Of a stretch of 37,404 bases of DNA, positions 1 through 13,448 are shown in pieces; position 1 is the stretch's first letter, and every line of letters begins with the position of its first letter. Origin of the DNA: Eledone cirrhosa (lineage: Eukaryota). The stretch lies in the NCBI GenBank assembly GCA_964016885.1, contig CAXHJY010000094.1, positions 1 to 37,404 of the forward strand, in the 5' to 3' direction. The notes under the pieces were generated by a model. The model made no database searches, was not told where the DNA came from, and saw only the letters and a program-made list of their open reading frames with translations. The translations under genes were made by a program, and so were the position numbers.

Positions 1-1592
<1,592 letters not shown>

Positions 1593-1887
1593 GTTTTATC
1601 TAGGCACACTCCACGTACACATACCCATCCATTTGTTTAATGGTACCGTCACTGCCTGATGCTAACAGAATCACCGATTCCTTATCGCGTTTTGAAGAAT
1701 TTCTCAACACCTACCAAAGCTACTCTATTGAATGTCCGACATTGATTTGTTTAAAAAGAGGACAAGAAACTAGTTTTATTGTTTACCGGTTAAACCTTAC
1801 AGGTGTTTGCACTAATTCCAACATTACAAATTGAAAATTATTATTAGAAACTGTTTTAAATCTTTCAATCCACTAAAGATTTCCTTC

Positions 1888-2830
1888 TGTGTGTGCACAT
1901 ATGTTTATACGTATATATGCGTCTATTCGCGCCAGTCGCAGTGTGTGTATGTGAGATTGTATGTGTATATTGTTTATATATGCGTGTGTTTGCGTCACTC
2001 GCTGTGTGTGTATGTGAGATTGTGTGTGTGTATATATGTGTGTATATGCGTGGATTTGCGTCAGTCGCTGTGTGTATATATGTTTATATATGCGTGTGTT
2101 TGCGTCACTCGCTGTGTGTGTATGTGAGATTGTGTGTGTATATATGTTTGTATATGCGTGGGTTTGCGTCACTCGCTGTGTGTGTATGTGAGATTGTGTG
2201 TGTATATATGTTTGTATATGCGTGGATTTGCGTCAGTCGCTGTGTGTATATATATGTTTATATATGCCTGTGTTTGCGTCACTCGCTGTGTGTGTATGTG
2301 AGATTGTGTGTGTATATATGTTTGTATATGCGTGGGTTTGCGTCACTCGCTGTGTGTGTATGTGAGATTGTGTGTGCATATATGTTTGTATATGCGTGTG
2401 TTTGCGTCACTCGCTGTGTGTGTATGTGAGATTGTGTGTGTATATATGTTTATATATGCGTGTGTTTGCGTCACTCGCTGTGTGTGTATGTGAGATTGTG
2501 TGTGCATATATGTTTGTATATGCGTGGATTTGCGTCAGTCGCTGTGTGTATATATGTTTATATATGCGTGTGTTTGCGTCACTCGCTGTGTGTGTATGTG
2601 AGATTGTGTGTGTATATATGTTTATATATGCGTGTGTTTGCGTCACTCGGTGTGTGTGTATGTGAGATTGTGTGTGTGTATATATGTGTGTATATGCGTG
2701 GATTTGCGTCAGTCGCTGTGTGTATATATGTTTATATATGCGTGTGTTTGCGTCACTCGCTGTGTGTGTATGTGAGATTGTGTGTGTATATATGTTTGTA
2801 TATGCGTGTGTTTGCGTCACTCGTAGTGTG
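1888..2830. repeat. Minisatellite of about 64-bp units (TTTGCGTCACTCGCTGTGTGTGTATGTGAGATTG...) mixed with shorter GGATTTGCGTCAGTCGC units
   Basis: Recurrent TTTGCGTCA core embedded in TG/TA dinucleotide tracts. Confidence 0.95.
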
Positions 2831-3873
2831 TATGCCTGTTTGTGTTGTTTACGACTGTTCACCCCTCTTGGCTCTATGGTCGTGTGCCTGTGGGGAGGGG
2901 CTGTGTGAGTGCGTGTGTGTGTGTGTGTGTGTATGGGGTGGGTGTGGGTAGTATGTGGGTGGGTGGGTGTATGTGTGTGGGGGGGGGGGGGGGGGGCTGC
3001 ATGTTTCTGTGTGTTTGATCCCGCTTTAGGTTCCATGTTTCTCTGTGTTTAGTATGTGTGTGGTATGCGTATGTGTGTGTTTGTGTGTATGTGTGTGTTT
3101 GTGTGTGTGTGTGTGTTATTACGTATGTGTGTTCGTCCACTCGCGATTCCGATGGCGAGTGTTTCAGCTGTATTAACAATAAAAAGGCAAAAGAACGGGC
3201 AAATGGCTGAGTATTCCATAGACACGTGTACCGTATCTCATCTATGTTGTCTCTATTACAAACGACACCATATGAGAGAAGGCCAGACATGAATTTCTGG
3301 ATTATCCCTATATGCAAGCATCCATCTCCAGTCCTTGTTTCATACACGCAAATTATAAATAGCTATATATATTCTTGTCACTGTACCGAGTGTGCGAACG
3401 TCACTGATGACGGGTAACAATGGAGAAACATTCCCACAGAGCAACTGAGATAGCTTTGACATGATCAGATCTTTTTCTTCTCTGGGTGTCACATTTTTAT
3501 GTCTGTGTGTGTTTCTCTCTATGTGCCGTTATCTATGTTACCTGGCCCCTTTCACCATATATTGAATGACTTAGATTTGGTACATTAAATTCTATACTGA
3601 CATGTTTTGTTTTATAGTGTCCGTAGGGGTAGAAATAGCGTACGTCTATGTGTGCGGATGACAAGGGAGTTTTCATTGATCCATATAGTAAGAAAATAAT
3701 CTTGTAATTTAGAACACTATTCCTTCATCAGGGTATAGGATTATAAATGAAAGAATAGATGGACAGATAAAGAGTGATAAAGAGAAAAGATTAAGAGTGA
3801 TAAAGAGAAGAGAGACGAAAAAATATGTTTGAAGAAACAGCAAGTGTGTTTACTCAAACAATTGGGGAAAATA

Positions 3874-3934
<61 letters not shown>

Positions 3935-3938
<4 letters not shown>

Positions 3939-4267
3939 CAATATCGGAGAAAGCTTTTTAGAGATACTCCGGCCAAATTCCAACTCACTCAACAAACATT
4001 AGGAAATAAGTGATTAGATTCCTAATTAAGCGTTCGGGGTGCTAACTAAAAGTATTGTGTGGAAAATTGGCTGTATTATTTTATATGAGACATATCGAAT
4101 ATATCTCTTCCCAGACGGACGTCTCGTTTCATTATAGGATTCCTACAATTTAGGTGAAATTATACCAATTTATGTAGGAGCTTGTATACCATCAATAGAT
4201 ATATATTCAAGTGGGCTCCTATAATTCATCAGTGGGTGAGGTATCTGTCAGGTTGCTAGTCCAGCAG

Positions 4268-4270
<3 letters not shown>
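3935..4270 (-). mobile_element. About 335-bp hammerhead-bearing element between (TA)n tracts
   Basis: Unique island bounded by pure (TA)n on both sides and containing the HHR at 4105-4240. Confidence 0.6.
4105..4240 (-). ncRNA. Type I hammerhead ribozyme with an enlarged, branched helix II
   Basis: Minus strand: CCCA-CUGAUGA-AUUAUAGGA...UCCUAUAAU-GAAA-CGAGACGUCCG-UC/UGGG. Helix I CCCA/UGGG, perfect 9-bp helix II base, helix III ACG/CGU around palindromic GACGUC, GUC site (cut between 4114 and 4113). Confidence 0.85.
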
Positions 4271-4315
<45 letters not shown>

Positions 4316-4457
4316 GATAACAAATTGTCGTAATAGGTAATCCGGTTAGAGGTATTGTGGATAATTTTAACGTAAGGCGTTGTTTGACTCAAGAAGAGGT
4401 TTCCGTAGTTAGGTGGCGAGTTCACGGGATTTCCTATGCAGGTTAATCTTGGAGTAG

Positions 4458-4505
<48 letters not shown>

Positions 4506-4510
4506 AATTC

Positions 4511-4687
4511 AATTTGCAATCGTGAGGTTGTCAGTTCGATTCCCAGACCGGGCGTTGCGTTATGTTGTTGAGCAAGACATTTTATTTCCTTCTACCTGGA
4601 GTTGCGAGCGATAGATAATATTAGCATTTGGTAAGACCAATGGAAACATTGCTTCCTCGGTCCGATTTGACGAAAGTCGATCGTTCC
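4511..4687 (+). mobile_element. tRNA-derived SINE, 5'-truncated copy
   Basis: B-box GTTCGATTCC and body homologous to 4813-4961 and 6268-6485. Confidence 0.8.
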
Positions 4688-4730
<43 letters not shown>

Positions 4731-4758
4731 TCACAGACACATATATACATACACGCAT

Positions 4759-4812
<54 letters not shown>

Positions 4813-4961
4813 GAAGGCGCGTGGCTGAGTGGTTAGAGAATTGGATTCGCAATCGTAAATGTGTGAGTTCGATTCCTGGACCAGGCGATGCGTTATGTCC
4901 TTGAGCAAGACACTTTATTTCACGTTGCTCTCGGTCCGATTTGACGAAAGTCGATCGTTCC
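4813..4961 (+). mobile_element. tRNA-derived SINE with an internal deletion
   Basis: A-box TGGCTGAGTGG and B-box GTTCGATTCC, then GTCCTTGAGCAAGACAC. Lacks the middle segment present in 6268-6485. Confidence 0.85.
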
Positions 4962-4994
<33 letters not shown>

Positions 4995-5266
4995 CTGATA
5001 AGCAAAAATCTCATTGTGGTAGATATGAACCAAATTAAGTAAAGCGATACACTTTAAACTATATTATACTGGAAGCAGGTTTTTTCATATTGTATCTTGA
5101 GTCTTAGAAACCATGGTTGCACCCAACGTGAGATTTTGGAGTAAGATTATTATATTTTAATAGTTCTCTGAGTGCATAATTTATAAGATATCTTGTCCAT
5201 TTATTGAGGTGCTTACGTATCTGGGACGTTTAATTTTATAGTGTCATAAAGTAATTTTATATACAT

Positions 5267-5416
5267 ATATATAAGAAGAGATGAAAAGATGGTTAAACAT
5301 GTTCCATATATCTTTTAATTTCTTCTTATATATACTCCAGTCCAATAAATTGTTGAGTGGTACTTATCCGATATATGCATAGTTTTATTGTTCTACAATA
5401 AAACTCACCTCCTACA
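5267..5416 (+). mobile_element. Family B element fragment (short fold-back plus tail)
   Basis: Shares AAAAGATGGTTAAA and ...ACAATAAAACTCACCTCCTACA with 7775-8007 and 18966-19190. Confidence 0.7.
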
Positions 5417-5426
5417 TATATATATA

Positions 5427-5462
<36 letters not shown>

Positions 5463-5586
5463 GTGTAAACATTGATGCAATTCAATTCAAGCACTCAACG
5501 TACTTTTTCCACATAGGAGTGACGGAGTAAATATCGAATAAGGAAAAGCGAAGTAGTTTCAGATGTTCAAGTCCTTTAATAATAAT

Positions 5587-5660
5587 GCTGTGATATATAT
5601 TTCAGTGACGACACTGGCCACACTGTTCTGTGTGCGAGTGTCGTGTCATCATCAGACAGC
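5587..5660 (-). ncRNA. Type I hammerhead ribozyme with palindromic helix III
   Basis: Minus strand: GCUGU-CUGAUGA-[ACGACACU/AGUGUCGU and CACAC/GUGUG hairpin]-GAAA-UAUAUA-UC/ACAGC. The base of helix II is imperfect. Confidence 0.8.
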
Positions 5661-5745
5661 TTGTTACATATTAAGGTTATGTTTCCGAGGCAATCCAAAT
5701 TGGATCGACATGGGATATCGTCACTGAAATATATATCACAGCATT

Positions 5746-5925
5746 TTGGCAGTATCGGTAGAGGGTCGGACGCCATGCTTTGACGCATAGAGTTACGGCC
5801 CTTGCCATTCTGAGTTCAAATCCCGCCGAGGTTAACTTTGCCTTTCATCCTTACGGGGTCGATAAAATAAAGTACTAGTAATACACTGGGAAATTGCTGG
5901 CCTTGTGCCAAAAGTAGAAACAATT
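5746..5925 (+). mobile_element. tRNA-derived SINE with a Deu/Nin-like core
   Basis: B-box GAGTTCAAATCCC followed by GCCTTTCATCCTTACGGGGTCGATAAAAT, resembling the Deu/Nin SINE domain as recalled. Close inverted copy at 12683-12865. Confidence 0.8.
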
Positions 5926-5978
5926 ATTGTTAAAGGACTTGAACATCTGAAACTACTTCGCTTTTCCTTATTCGATTT

Positions 5979-6026
<48 letters not shown>

Positions 6027-6267
6027 AATATAAATTCAGCGAGAATCACATTTCAGCGGGTAGAAAAAGCGAAACGTAACGCAGATTCCGAGTCATGCTG
6101 GCAAGCGGTGCATGGGCTAAAAGACCAGAGCAATAAACATAGGTTATAAAGGCCATACAAACTGAGAAGGCGGTCAAGAAGCCATTGACCACCTAAGCCA
6201 AAAAACAAGTCAAGCTAAACAGGTCAGACAAAATAAATGACATAATCACATATATATGTATATATAT

Positions 6268-6485
6268 GGGAACGATCGACTTTCGTCAAATCGGACCGAG
6301 GGAACAATGTTTCCGTTGGTCTTTCCAATTGCTAATACTATCTATCGGTCGCAACTCCAGGTAGAAGGAGCAACGTGAAATAAAGTGTCTTGCTCAAGGA
6401 CATAACGCATCGCCTGGTCCAGGAATCGAACTCACAACCTTACGATTGTGAATCCAATTCTCTAACCACTCAGCCACACGCCTTC
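6268..6485 (-). mobile_element. tRNA-derived SINE, most complete copy in the window
   Basis: The reverse complement has an A-box, a B-box and the full body. (TA)n on both sides. Confidence 0.85.
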
Positions 6486-6531
6486 ACTATATATATACCT
6501 ATATATATACACACGCACATATACATATGAA

Positions 6532-6584
<53 letters not shown>

Positions 6585-6845
6585 GTATGTATATATCTTT
6601 ATCCAAAATTAAGATAAATCAAATGAATTTAATCTAAATCAAAATTATGGGTGTCATGCCAGAAAGACATGCCCCATATCACCCGCAAAATAAGCTCTAA
6701 GATTCGAACAAGTAGGTCCGTGATTATTCATGTTTATTTATATGTTAATCAATCTCTAGTTATTATATATATATGTATTTATTTATTTATATGTTGTACT
6801 TAACGAAAAGAGGAACTCGATATTGATGTCAATATCCCTTTCCTA

Positions 6846-6884
<39 letters not shown>

Positions 6885-6908
6885 ATATATATATATATGT
6901 ATGAATGA

Positions 6909-6948
<40 letters not shown>

Positions 6949-7131
6949 AAGGCCTCTCGCTATATCTTCGATACACTATACCCCCCACCTAATGTAATGT
7001 CAGGGTCTCCTCAAATAATTTATTACTAGCATTGTTGTAATTGTTGTTATTGTTCTAACTGAATGCCATTACTACTTCATATAGTAGCCTGTATATTCCT
7101 TTCATGCCTGTATATTCTCTTCATTCTCGCA

Positions 7132-7239
7132 TGCTCCGAAGAACTGACTGGTTATAATGTCGTATTGGCGATCGAGTAACGTGTAAACAAGCGAATAGCG
7201 ATCTCTAGACCTACCAGTTCAGAGAAACAATTGTCAGCA
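7132..7239 (+). ncRNA. Hammerhead ribozyme with one core substitution (CCGAAGA), within an island at about 6947-7295
   Basis: UGCU-CCGAAGA-A-CUGACUGGU...ACCAGUUCAG-A-GAAA-CAAUUG-UC/AGCA. All three helices are present and helix III is palindromic. Confidence 0.7.
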
Positions 7240-7291
7240 ATGAGATTAAAAACCTTTTTTGTATTGCAAACCATGTCAATCTTCTTTCCTG

Positions 7292-7333
<42 letters not shown>

Positions 7334-7406
7334 TTATATATATATATACACACATATATCTATCTACCTATCTAGCTACTTATCTATCTATCTATATCTT
7401 TCTCTT

Positions 7407-7457
<51 letters not shown>

Positions 7458-7774
7458 ATTTACATGTCTGTGTATTCTTTTATATAGCTAAGTATGTGAT
7501 TGGGCGTGTTTTGAAATGGGTGTTTCTGTGTATAAATATTCTATACACCCAGATAAATCACTTATACACAGACATGGTAGATAAGGTTTACTTATTTATG
7601 TTTTGACAAATATATTTCCATTATAAGTCATTCTATTCCATAACGTATTGCTCATTACTGTTATTCTTTCGTCCATCTATTTACTTGTTCACTTGTTTAT
7701 TTGCTATTGTATATATACCTATTGTATATACAAACACAAACACACTTATATGTATATATATATGTATATATATA

Positions 7775-8007
7775 TGTAGGAGGTGAGTTTTATTGTAGTA
7801 CAATAAAGCAATGCAGATATCGGATAAGAAGCACTCTACAGTTTGTAGGACTGGAGTATACATAATATATAAGATTAAAAGATGGTTAAATGAGTTCCAT
7901 GTATTTTATTATGCACATTTCAATATGATGATATTTGTTTTTGAAATGCGCATAATAAAATACATGGAACTCATTTAACCATCTTTTGATCTTATATATT
8001 ATGTATA
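7775..8007 (-). mobile_element. Family B fold-back element carrying a hammerhead 3' half
   Basis: 67-bp inverted arms 7857-7923/7941-8007 with 2 mismatches. The loop and right arm match the 3' half of the HHR at 19005-19071. Confidence 0.8.
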
Positions 8008-8574
8008 TATATATATATGGTAGGGTCGTTGGCGACTAAACTGGTAACGAGATATTTATATATACATAAAGCAATTATTTCTCTATACAATAGCTACCAG
8101 AATGTTAAAAGCATTTTTTTCTTAAATCCCTTCAAAGTTCTTTTTCGGCATGACACAGTCTAAAATAATTGCTAATTTTCAAATTATGGCATAATACATA
8201 TTGCACAATTATATAAGTTACATCTCAGACTATATATATATATGTGTGTCAGTGTATGTATGTGTGTGTGTGTGTGTGTAAAAAATAAACGGAAACAACA
8301 AGCAAACGCCACAGTAAAATGAGGAAATATATTTGTTTAACGCTTGATATAACGCTTCCGACGATAGTCCTTCATCAGAAGATGGAATCTAGAAATATCA
8401 GACGATATAGAAAGCTAAGAATTGAGTAGGGGATAAAATGGGAGAACTAATCACACGTGTGGTTTCAGTCAGCCATTTTTGAAATGATATGTATGTATAT
8501 ATGTATGTTATGTATGTTATGGTATGTATGTATGTATATATGTATGTTTCTATGTTATGTATGTATGTATATAT

Positions 8575-9182
8575 GGTCAGGTCACCAGTTGGTGCTACTG
8601 GTAACATGTATCCCAGTACAACCTGTCTTATGGTCGGGTCGTTGGCGACTAATCTAGCAACCCCACCAAGGTTTCTTGGTGAGGAGGGTGACTTTGGACA
8701 TCCTGCAGGACTAAAAACAAAACCTGTCAAAGGGCAAAGAAGCTCTTAAGAGTCAATGGCCATCCAAAATCACCGGGCGAGATGACCCTTAGCCTTTGTC
8801 AAGGCAAAATTCTAGGAGAAGGAAAACTCTGATATAACACCTGCAACCCTGATGGTATCCAATGATGTTGACTTGTTCTTCTTTTTGGTAAATATCATCT
8901 TGGTTAAGAGAGTGGGACTGGCTTTGTGCAGTGCCTTTGCTCACTATAAAAGCTTCACGGCACAGGCATTGCTTTATATCTGGAGATCTCTCAGCACTTG
9001 TCGTCACATGGTACCATGGGCCCAGCACTGTGTGTCAATGGTTGTCACAAGTGTAGTGTTTGTACCAGAGTTTTCAAGTCGCTGGCTGGACTAAAAAGTC
9101 ACACTTGTTCAGCGCATCGGTAGGGGTTCTCCTACATGGATATAAAGTAGTGGCCGTACTCGAAAACGAGTTGGCAGCCACC
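8575..9182 (+). mobile_element. Probable 5' region of an RTE-like non-LTR element or a non-autonomous derivative, set in (TATG)n
   Basis: GC-balanced island containing GGAGAAGGAAAACTCTGA, a motif recalled from RTE-type 5' UTRs. A short related copy lies at 8018-8050. No intact ORF. Confidence 0.4.
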
Positions 9183-9517
9183 ATGTATATATGTATGTAT
9201 ATATGTATGTTATGGTATGTATGCATGTAAGTATGTATGTATATATGCATGTATGAATGGTATGTATGTAAGTATGTATGCATCTCTCTCTCTTTCACTC
9301 TTTCTCTCTCTCTATCACTCTTTCTCTCTCTCTATCCCCTATCTCATCTCTCTTGTCACCAACTCTATCTCTCCCCTCTCTCTCTTTATCCCCCCCCCCT
9401 ATCTCACTCTCTCTCTTGTCTCTCTCTCTCAGATTGTAAATGACGATATATTTCGATATTGTCATCTACTGAGATGTGAACTGAAAATGTCTGTGATGTG
9501 ATCTATCATACACACAC

Positions 9518-9617
<100 letters not shown>

Positions 9618-9660
9618 CTATAAATATATATATATATATATATGTGTACACACAGACACA

Positions 9661-9708
9661 AATAGCCGTCGAAACGGCTTGAGCTCTGCCGTCGGGGTCA
9701 TATTTTTT

Positions 9709-9712
<4 letters not shown>
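9661..9712 (+). mobile_element. Family A fragment
   Basis: AATAGCCGTCGAAACGGCTTGAGCTCTGCCGTCGGGGTCA is identical to part of the 16982-17167 copy. Confidence 0.8.
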
Positions 9713-9764
<52 letters not shown>

Positions 9765-9809
9765 GGTATAAATCGAACTTGTAGCCGCCTTATAGCAGAT
9801 ACCAATCTC

Positions 9810-9873
<64 letters not shown>

Positions 9874-10206
9874 ACATATATATACATATGTGTGTATATA
9901 CCGATCTAATGAGTTTCCGATTACCCGTCGATAGAAAAAGGGGATTTGTATTTCTTAAAAGCAATCTGCATCAGGTCCTTCTCACGTGATGCCAGCTTAA
10001 ATATTTATTTCCCATTAACGGTACCATGCCATTATTTAGGTACATTTTCTCGATTACTATACTTGGAGCTTGGCATCGGAACACTTGAACAACCGATCAA
10101 TAATTCAAAGAGAAAGTAGTAAAGTAGACAGCAAAGAATAACGCTCTCTCTCTCTCTATCTCTCTCTTACTTTTTCCATATATATATATATATACACACA
10201 CACATG

Positions 10207-10241
<35 letters not shown>

Positions 10242-10252
10242 GTATATATATA

Positions 10253-10309
<57 letters not shown>

Positions 10310-10575
10310 GTATATATATATATATATACCTGTATATATATATATATATACCTGTATATATATATATATATATACCTGTATATATATATATATATATACA
10401 GATAAATATATATATATATATATATATATATGATAAAAATATATATATATATATGTTTTTATCTATCTCTCTTTCTATATATATATATATACATTATATA
10501 TATATACATACATATATATATAAATTATATATATATATATATATATGTTTTTATCCCTCTCTTTCTATATATATA

Positions 10576-10620
<45 letters not shown>

Positions 10621-11095
10621 GTATGCATGTATACACGCACATATATTTATATAAATATATATATATAAATAAATATATTGTTCATAAATAAATATAAATA
10701 TATGTATATATACATATATATATATATTGTATATACAGTGTTTATATATGTACTCGTTGCCCCTTCTTCCTCTCTCTCACACACTAATTTGTCTCAACCT
10801 CCCAACCAGCCCATCACACTACATCCATTACCATGAAGACAAAAAGACAATAGATGTATTTACAATTTTACTCCATATTTTAAAACACACTCCCTCTCTC
10901 TCTCTCTCTCCCTCCCCCTCTCCCCCCTCTCTCCCTATCTCACCCCCCCCTCCTATCTCCCTCTCTCACTTAAGCCCCCCCCCCTTCTCTCTTACTTTCT
11001 GTTTATTCAAGTCTTCCCAGGTCTGAATACAACAGATTTCTTCCAGAAGAAGGATGTTAGAGAATGGAGGAAAGAATGTAAGTGAGAAACAGATA

Positions 11096-11260
11096 TAGAG
11101 GAAGACTTGACAGTACTTGACTGGTCCTTTTTTGATGAAAGGCAATGTTGTTCTTGGCGGGATTTGAACTGAGAGACCAGAGTGTAGAAATGAATACCGC
11201 AAACCATCCATTGTATCTAACCTTCAACCGACTCTACCAATTCACCGCCTTCGTCCCCGG
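11096..11260 (-). mobile_element. Diverged Deu/Nin-like SINE
   Basis: GATGAAAGGCAA...GGCGGGATTTGAACT is the reverse complement of the B-box and core of the 5746-5925 family. Confidence 0.65.
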
Positions 11261-11677
11261 ATATATTAATATAAAAAAAAAAGAAAGTTGGACTCGGTGG
11301 GATATGAACACAGCACTGAGAAAGCCGAAATCAAGAAAGCAAACTATTCCATCTAACAATATAACATCTTCGCCATGTGTTGGACCTATTTAATGCAGGG
11401 TTTACATTTTAAAAGATTTGGCTGCTCTTTCTAGCAGATAGAGACGCGATGTATAGGCTCCTTCATTGACACTTGAACTTCAAGTAGGGTCATGTGTCCA
11501 CGTGTGTATGTTGTATATACACTCGTTGTGCTGTATACACACATATAGATACTTATACAGGCATGCACTTATCTGTGTACAGTGTGCGCATGTGTAGTCG
11601 TATATATGTTGTATACACACAGCTATGCCATATATACACTTTCACATAGATGTGCCCATGAACGTATTATATAAGCC

Positions 11678-12590
11678 GGCGTATTGACAGAGTCGTTAGA
11701 ACGTCAGTTAGAATGGCAGTGGTTAGAACGTCAATAGAATGGCAGTCGTTAGAACGTTTGATAGAATGGCAGTCGTTAGAACGTCAGGTGGAATGAAAGT
11801 GGTTAGAATGTCAGATAGAATGGTAGAGTGGTTAGAACGTCAGATAGTAGGGGTCAGTCGTTAGAACGTCAGAAAGAAAGGTAGAGTCGTTAGAACGTCA
11901 ATAGAAAGGTAGAGTCGTTAGAACGTCAGATAGTATGGTACAGTCGTTAGAACATCAGATAGAATGGTAGAGTGGTTGGAACATCAGATAGAATGGTAGA
12001 GTGGTTAGAATGTCAGATAGAATGGTAGATTTGTTAGAACGTCAGATAGAATGGTAGAGTCGTTAGAAGATCTGAGAGAATGCTAGAGTGGTTAGAACGT
12101 AAGATGGAATGGCAGTCGTTAGAACGTCAGATAGAATGGTAGAGTCGTTAGAACGTCAGATAGAATGGTAGAGTCGTTAGAAGGTCTGAGAGAATGGTAG
12201 AGTGGTTAGAAGGTCTGAGAGAATGGTAGAGTCGTTAGAACGTCTGAGAGAATGGTAGAGTCGTTAGAACGTCAGATAGAATGGTAGAGTCGTTAGAAGG
12301 TCTGAGAGAATGGTAGAGTGGTTAGAAGGTCTGAGAGAATGGTAGAGTCGTTAGAACGTCTGAGAGAATGGTAGAGTCGTTAGAACGTCTGAGAGAATGG
12401 TAGAGTGGTTAGAACGTAAGATGGAATGGTAGTCGTTAGAACGTCAGACAGTATTTAGAACGTCAGATAGATTGTTTTACGGTATTCGTTCCGGTTCTCT
12501 GCTATCTGACTTCAAATCCCACTGAGGTCAACTTTGCCTGTCATCCTTTTAAATGTTGATAGGAAAAGTACCAGTCTAGTACTGGGGTGG
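11678..12590 (+). mobile_element. Deu/Nin-like SINE whose head is expanded into a minisatellite
   Basis: The SINE body (GACTTCAAATCCCACTGAGGTCAACTTTGCCTGTCATCC) directly follows the tandem array. Confidence 0.7.
11686..12470 (+). repeat. About 29-bp minisatellite (GTTAGAACGTCAGATAGAATGGTAGAGTC), roughly 27 copies
   Basis: Direct tandem repeats with no unique spacers. Confidence 0.95.
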
Positions 12591-12682
12591 ACTACGCCAT
12601 GCTCAAAATGGCCAAGAAACGCCATATCCCAATACGGCACCCGACGACTCTAGCATGAGTTACGGGACCATACATACAAATA

Positions 12683-12865
12683 TAATTGTTTCTACTTTGT
12701 GGCACAGGGCCAGCAATTATCCCAGTGTATTACTGGTACTGGTACTTTATTTTATCGACCCCCGTAAGGAAGAAAGGCAAAGTTAACCTCGGCGGGATTT
12801 GAACTGACAATGCCAAGGACCGTAACTCTATGCGTCAAAGCATCTCGTCTGACCTTCTACAGCAT
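12683..12865 (-). mobile_element. Deu/Nin-like SINE, followed by an inverted partial copy to 12897
   Basis: Reverse complement closely matches 5746-5925. Confidence 0.8.
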
Positions 12866-13067
12866 GCTTTGACGCATAGAGTTACGGTTCTTGCCATACC
12901 AGTCTAGTACTGAGGTCGATTCTTCCTCTATATCTCTTTCTCTGGAAGAGATCTGCTGTACTCAGGCCAAGAGGGGGAAAGGCTGCACCAGGCTTAAAAT
13001 GACCAGAAATCACCGTATGCTAATACGGCGTCCCTAGGACTCTATCAGGAGTTATGGGACCAAACCA

Positions 13068-13448
13068 GGTATGATGTGTACACACACGTATGGTGTATCC
13101 ACACAGTTACAGATATGTGTCACCATATGTTTAACATCTACACATTAATGACTTATACAATCTTATATACGCATGTGCCCACGTATATATAACGACTCCA
13201 TACATAGATATCTGCTCATATTAATATGACGTACACTCACTTACACATAGTGTGTCACGTATGTATGATGTGTACACACATGTATGACGTATACACACTT
13301 ACTCAGTGTGTGCCCAAGTATGTATGATGTGTACACACATGTATGACGTTACACATATAGTGCCCACGTATCTATGATGTGTACACACACGTATGACGTT
13401 ACACACTTACACATAGTGTGCACGTATGTATGACGTGTATATACACAT
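13068..13448. repeat. Degenerate minisatellite (GTATGATGTGTACACACATGTATGACGT...)
   Basis: Several diverged tandem copies. Confidence 0.75.

Larger units (their letters stand above)
5461..5980 (-). mobile_element. Fold-back element with a hammerhead, its right arm interrupted by a SINE
   Basis: Left arm about 5533-5611 is inverted at 5718-5745 plus 5923-5977. Flanked by TA/TG microsatellite. Confidence 0.75.

Noticed and set aside
3398-3462. CTGATGA-containing hammerhead candidate
   Set aside because: The nearby GAAA has no helix II or III support, and the alternative fold needs a mutated GATA core. A relic at best.
3700-3740. Minus-strand CTGATGAAGGAA motif
   Set aside because: No GAAA and no helix I partner.
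4813-4890. tRNA gene
   Set aside because: A and B boxes run into a SINE body shared by three copies, and no clean acceptor stem was seen.
8345-8390. Minus-strand CTGATGAAGGACTATCGTCGGAAGCG
   Set aside because: GGAA instead of GAAA, and helix I does not pair. Possibly a decayed remnant.
9903-9980. Minus-strand CTGATGC...GAAA candidate
   Set aside because: Core mismatch and weak helices I and III.
11686-12470. CRISPR-like array
   Set aside because: Repeats are contiguous with no unique spacers, there are no cas genes, and the context is eukaryotic.
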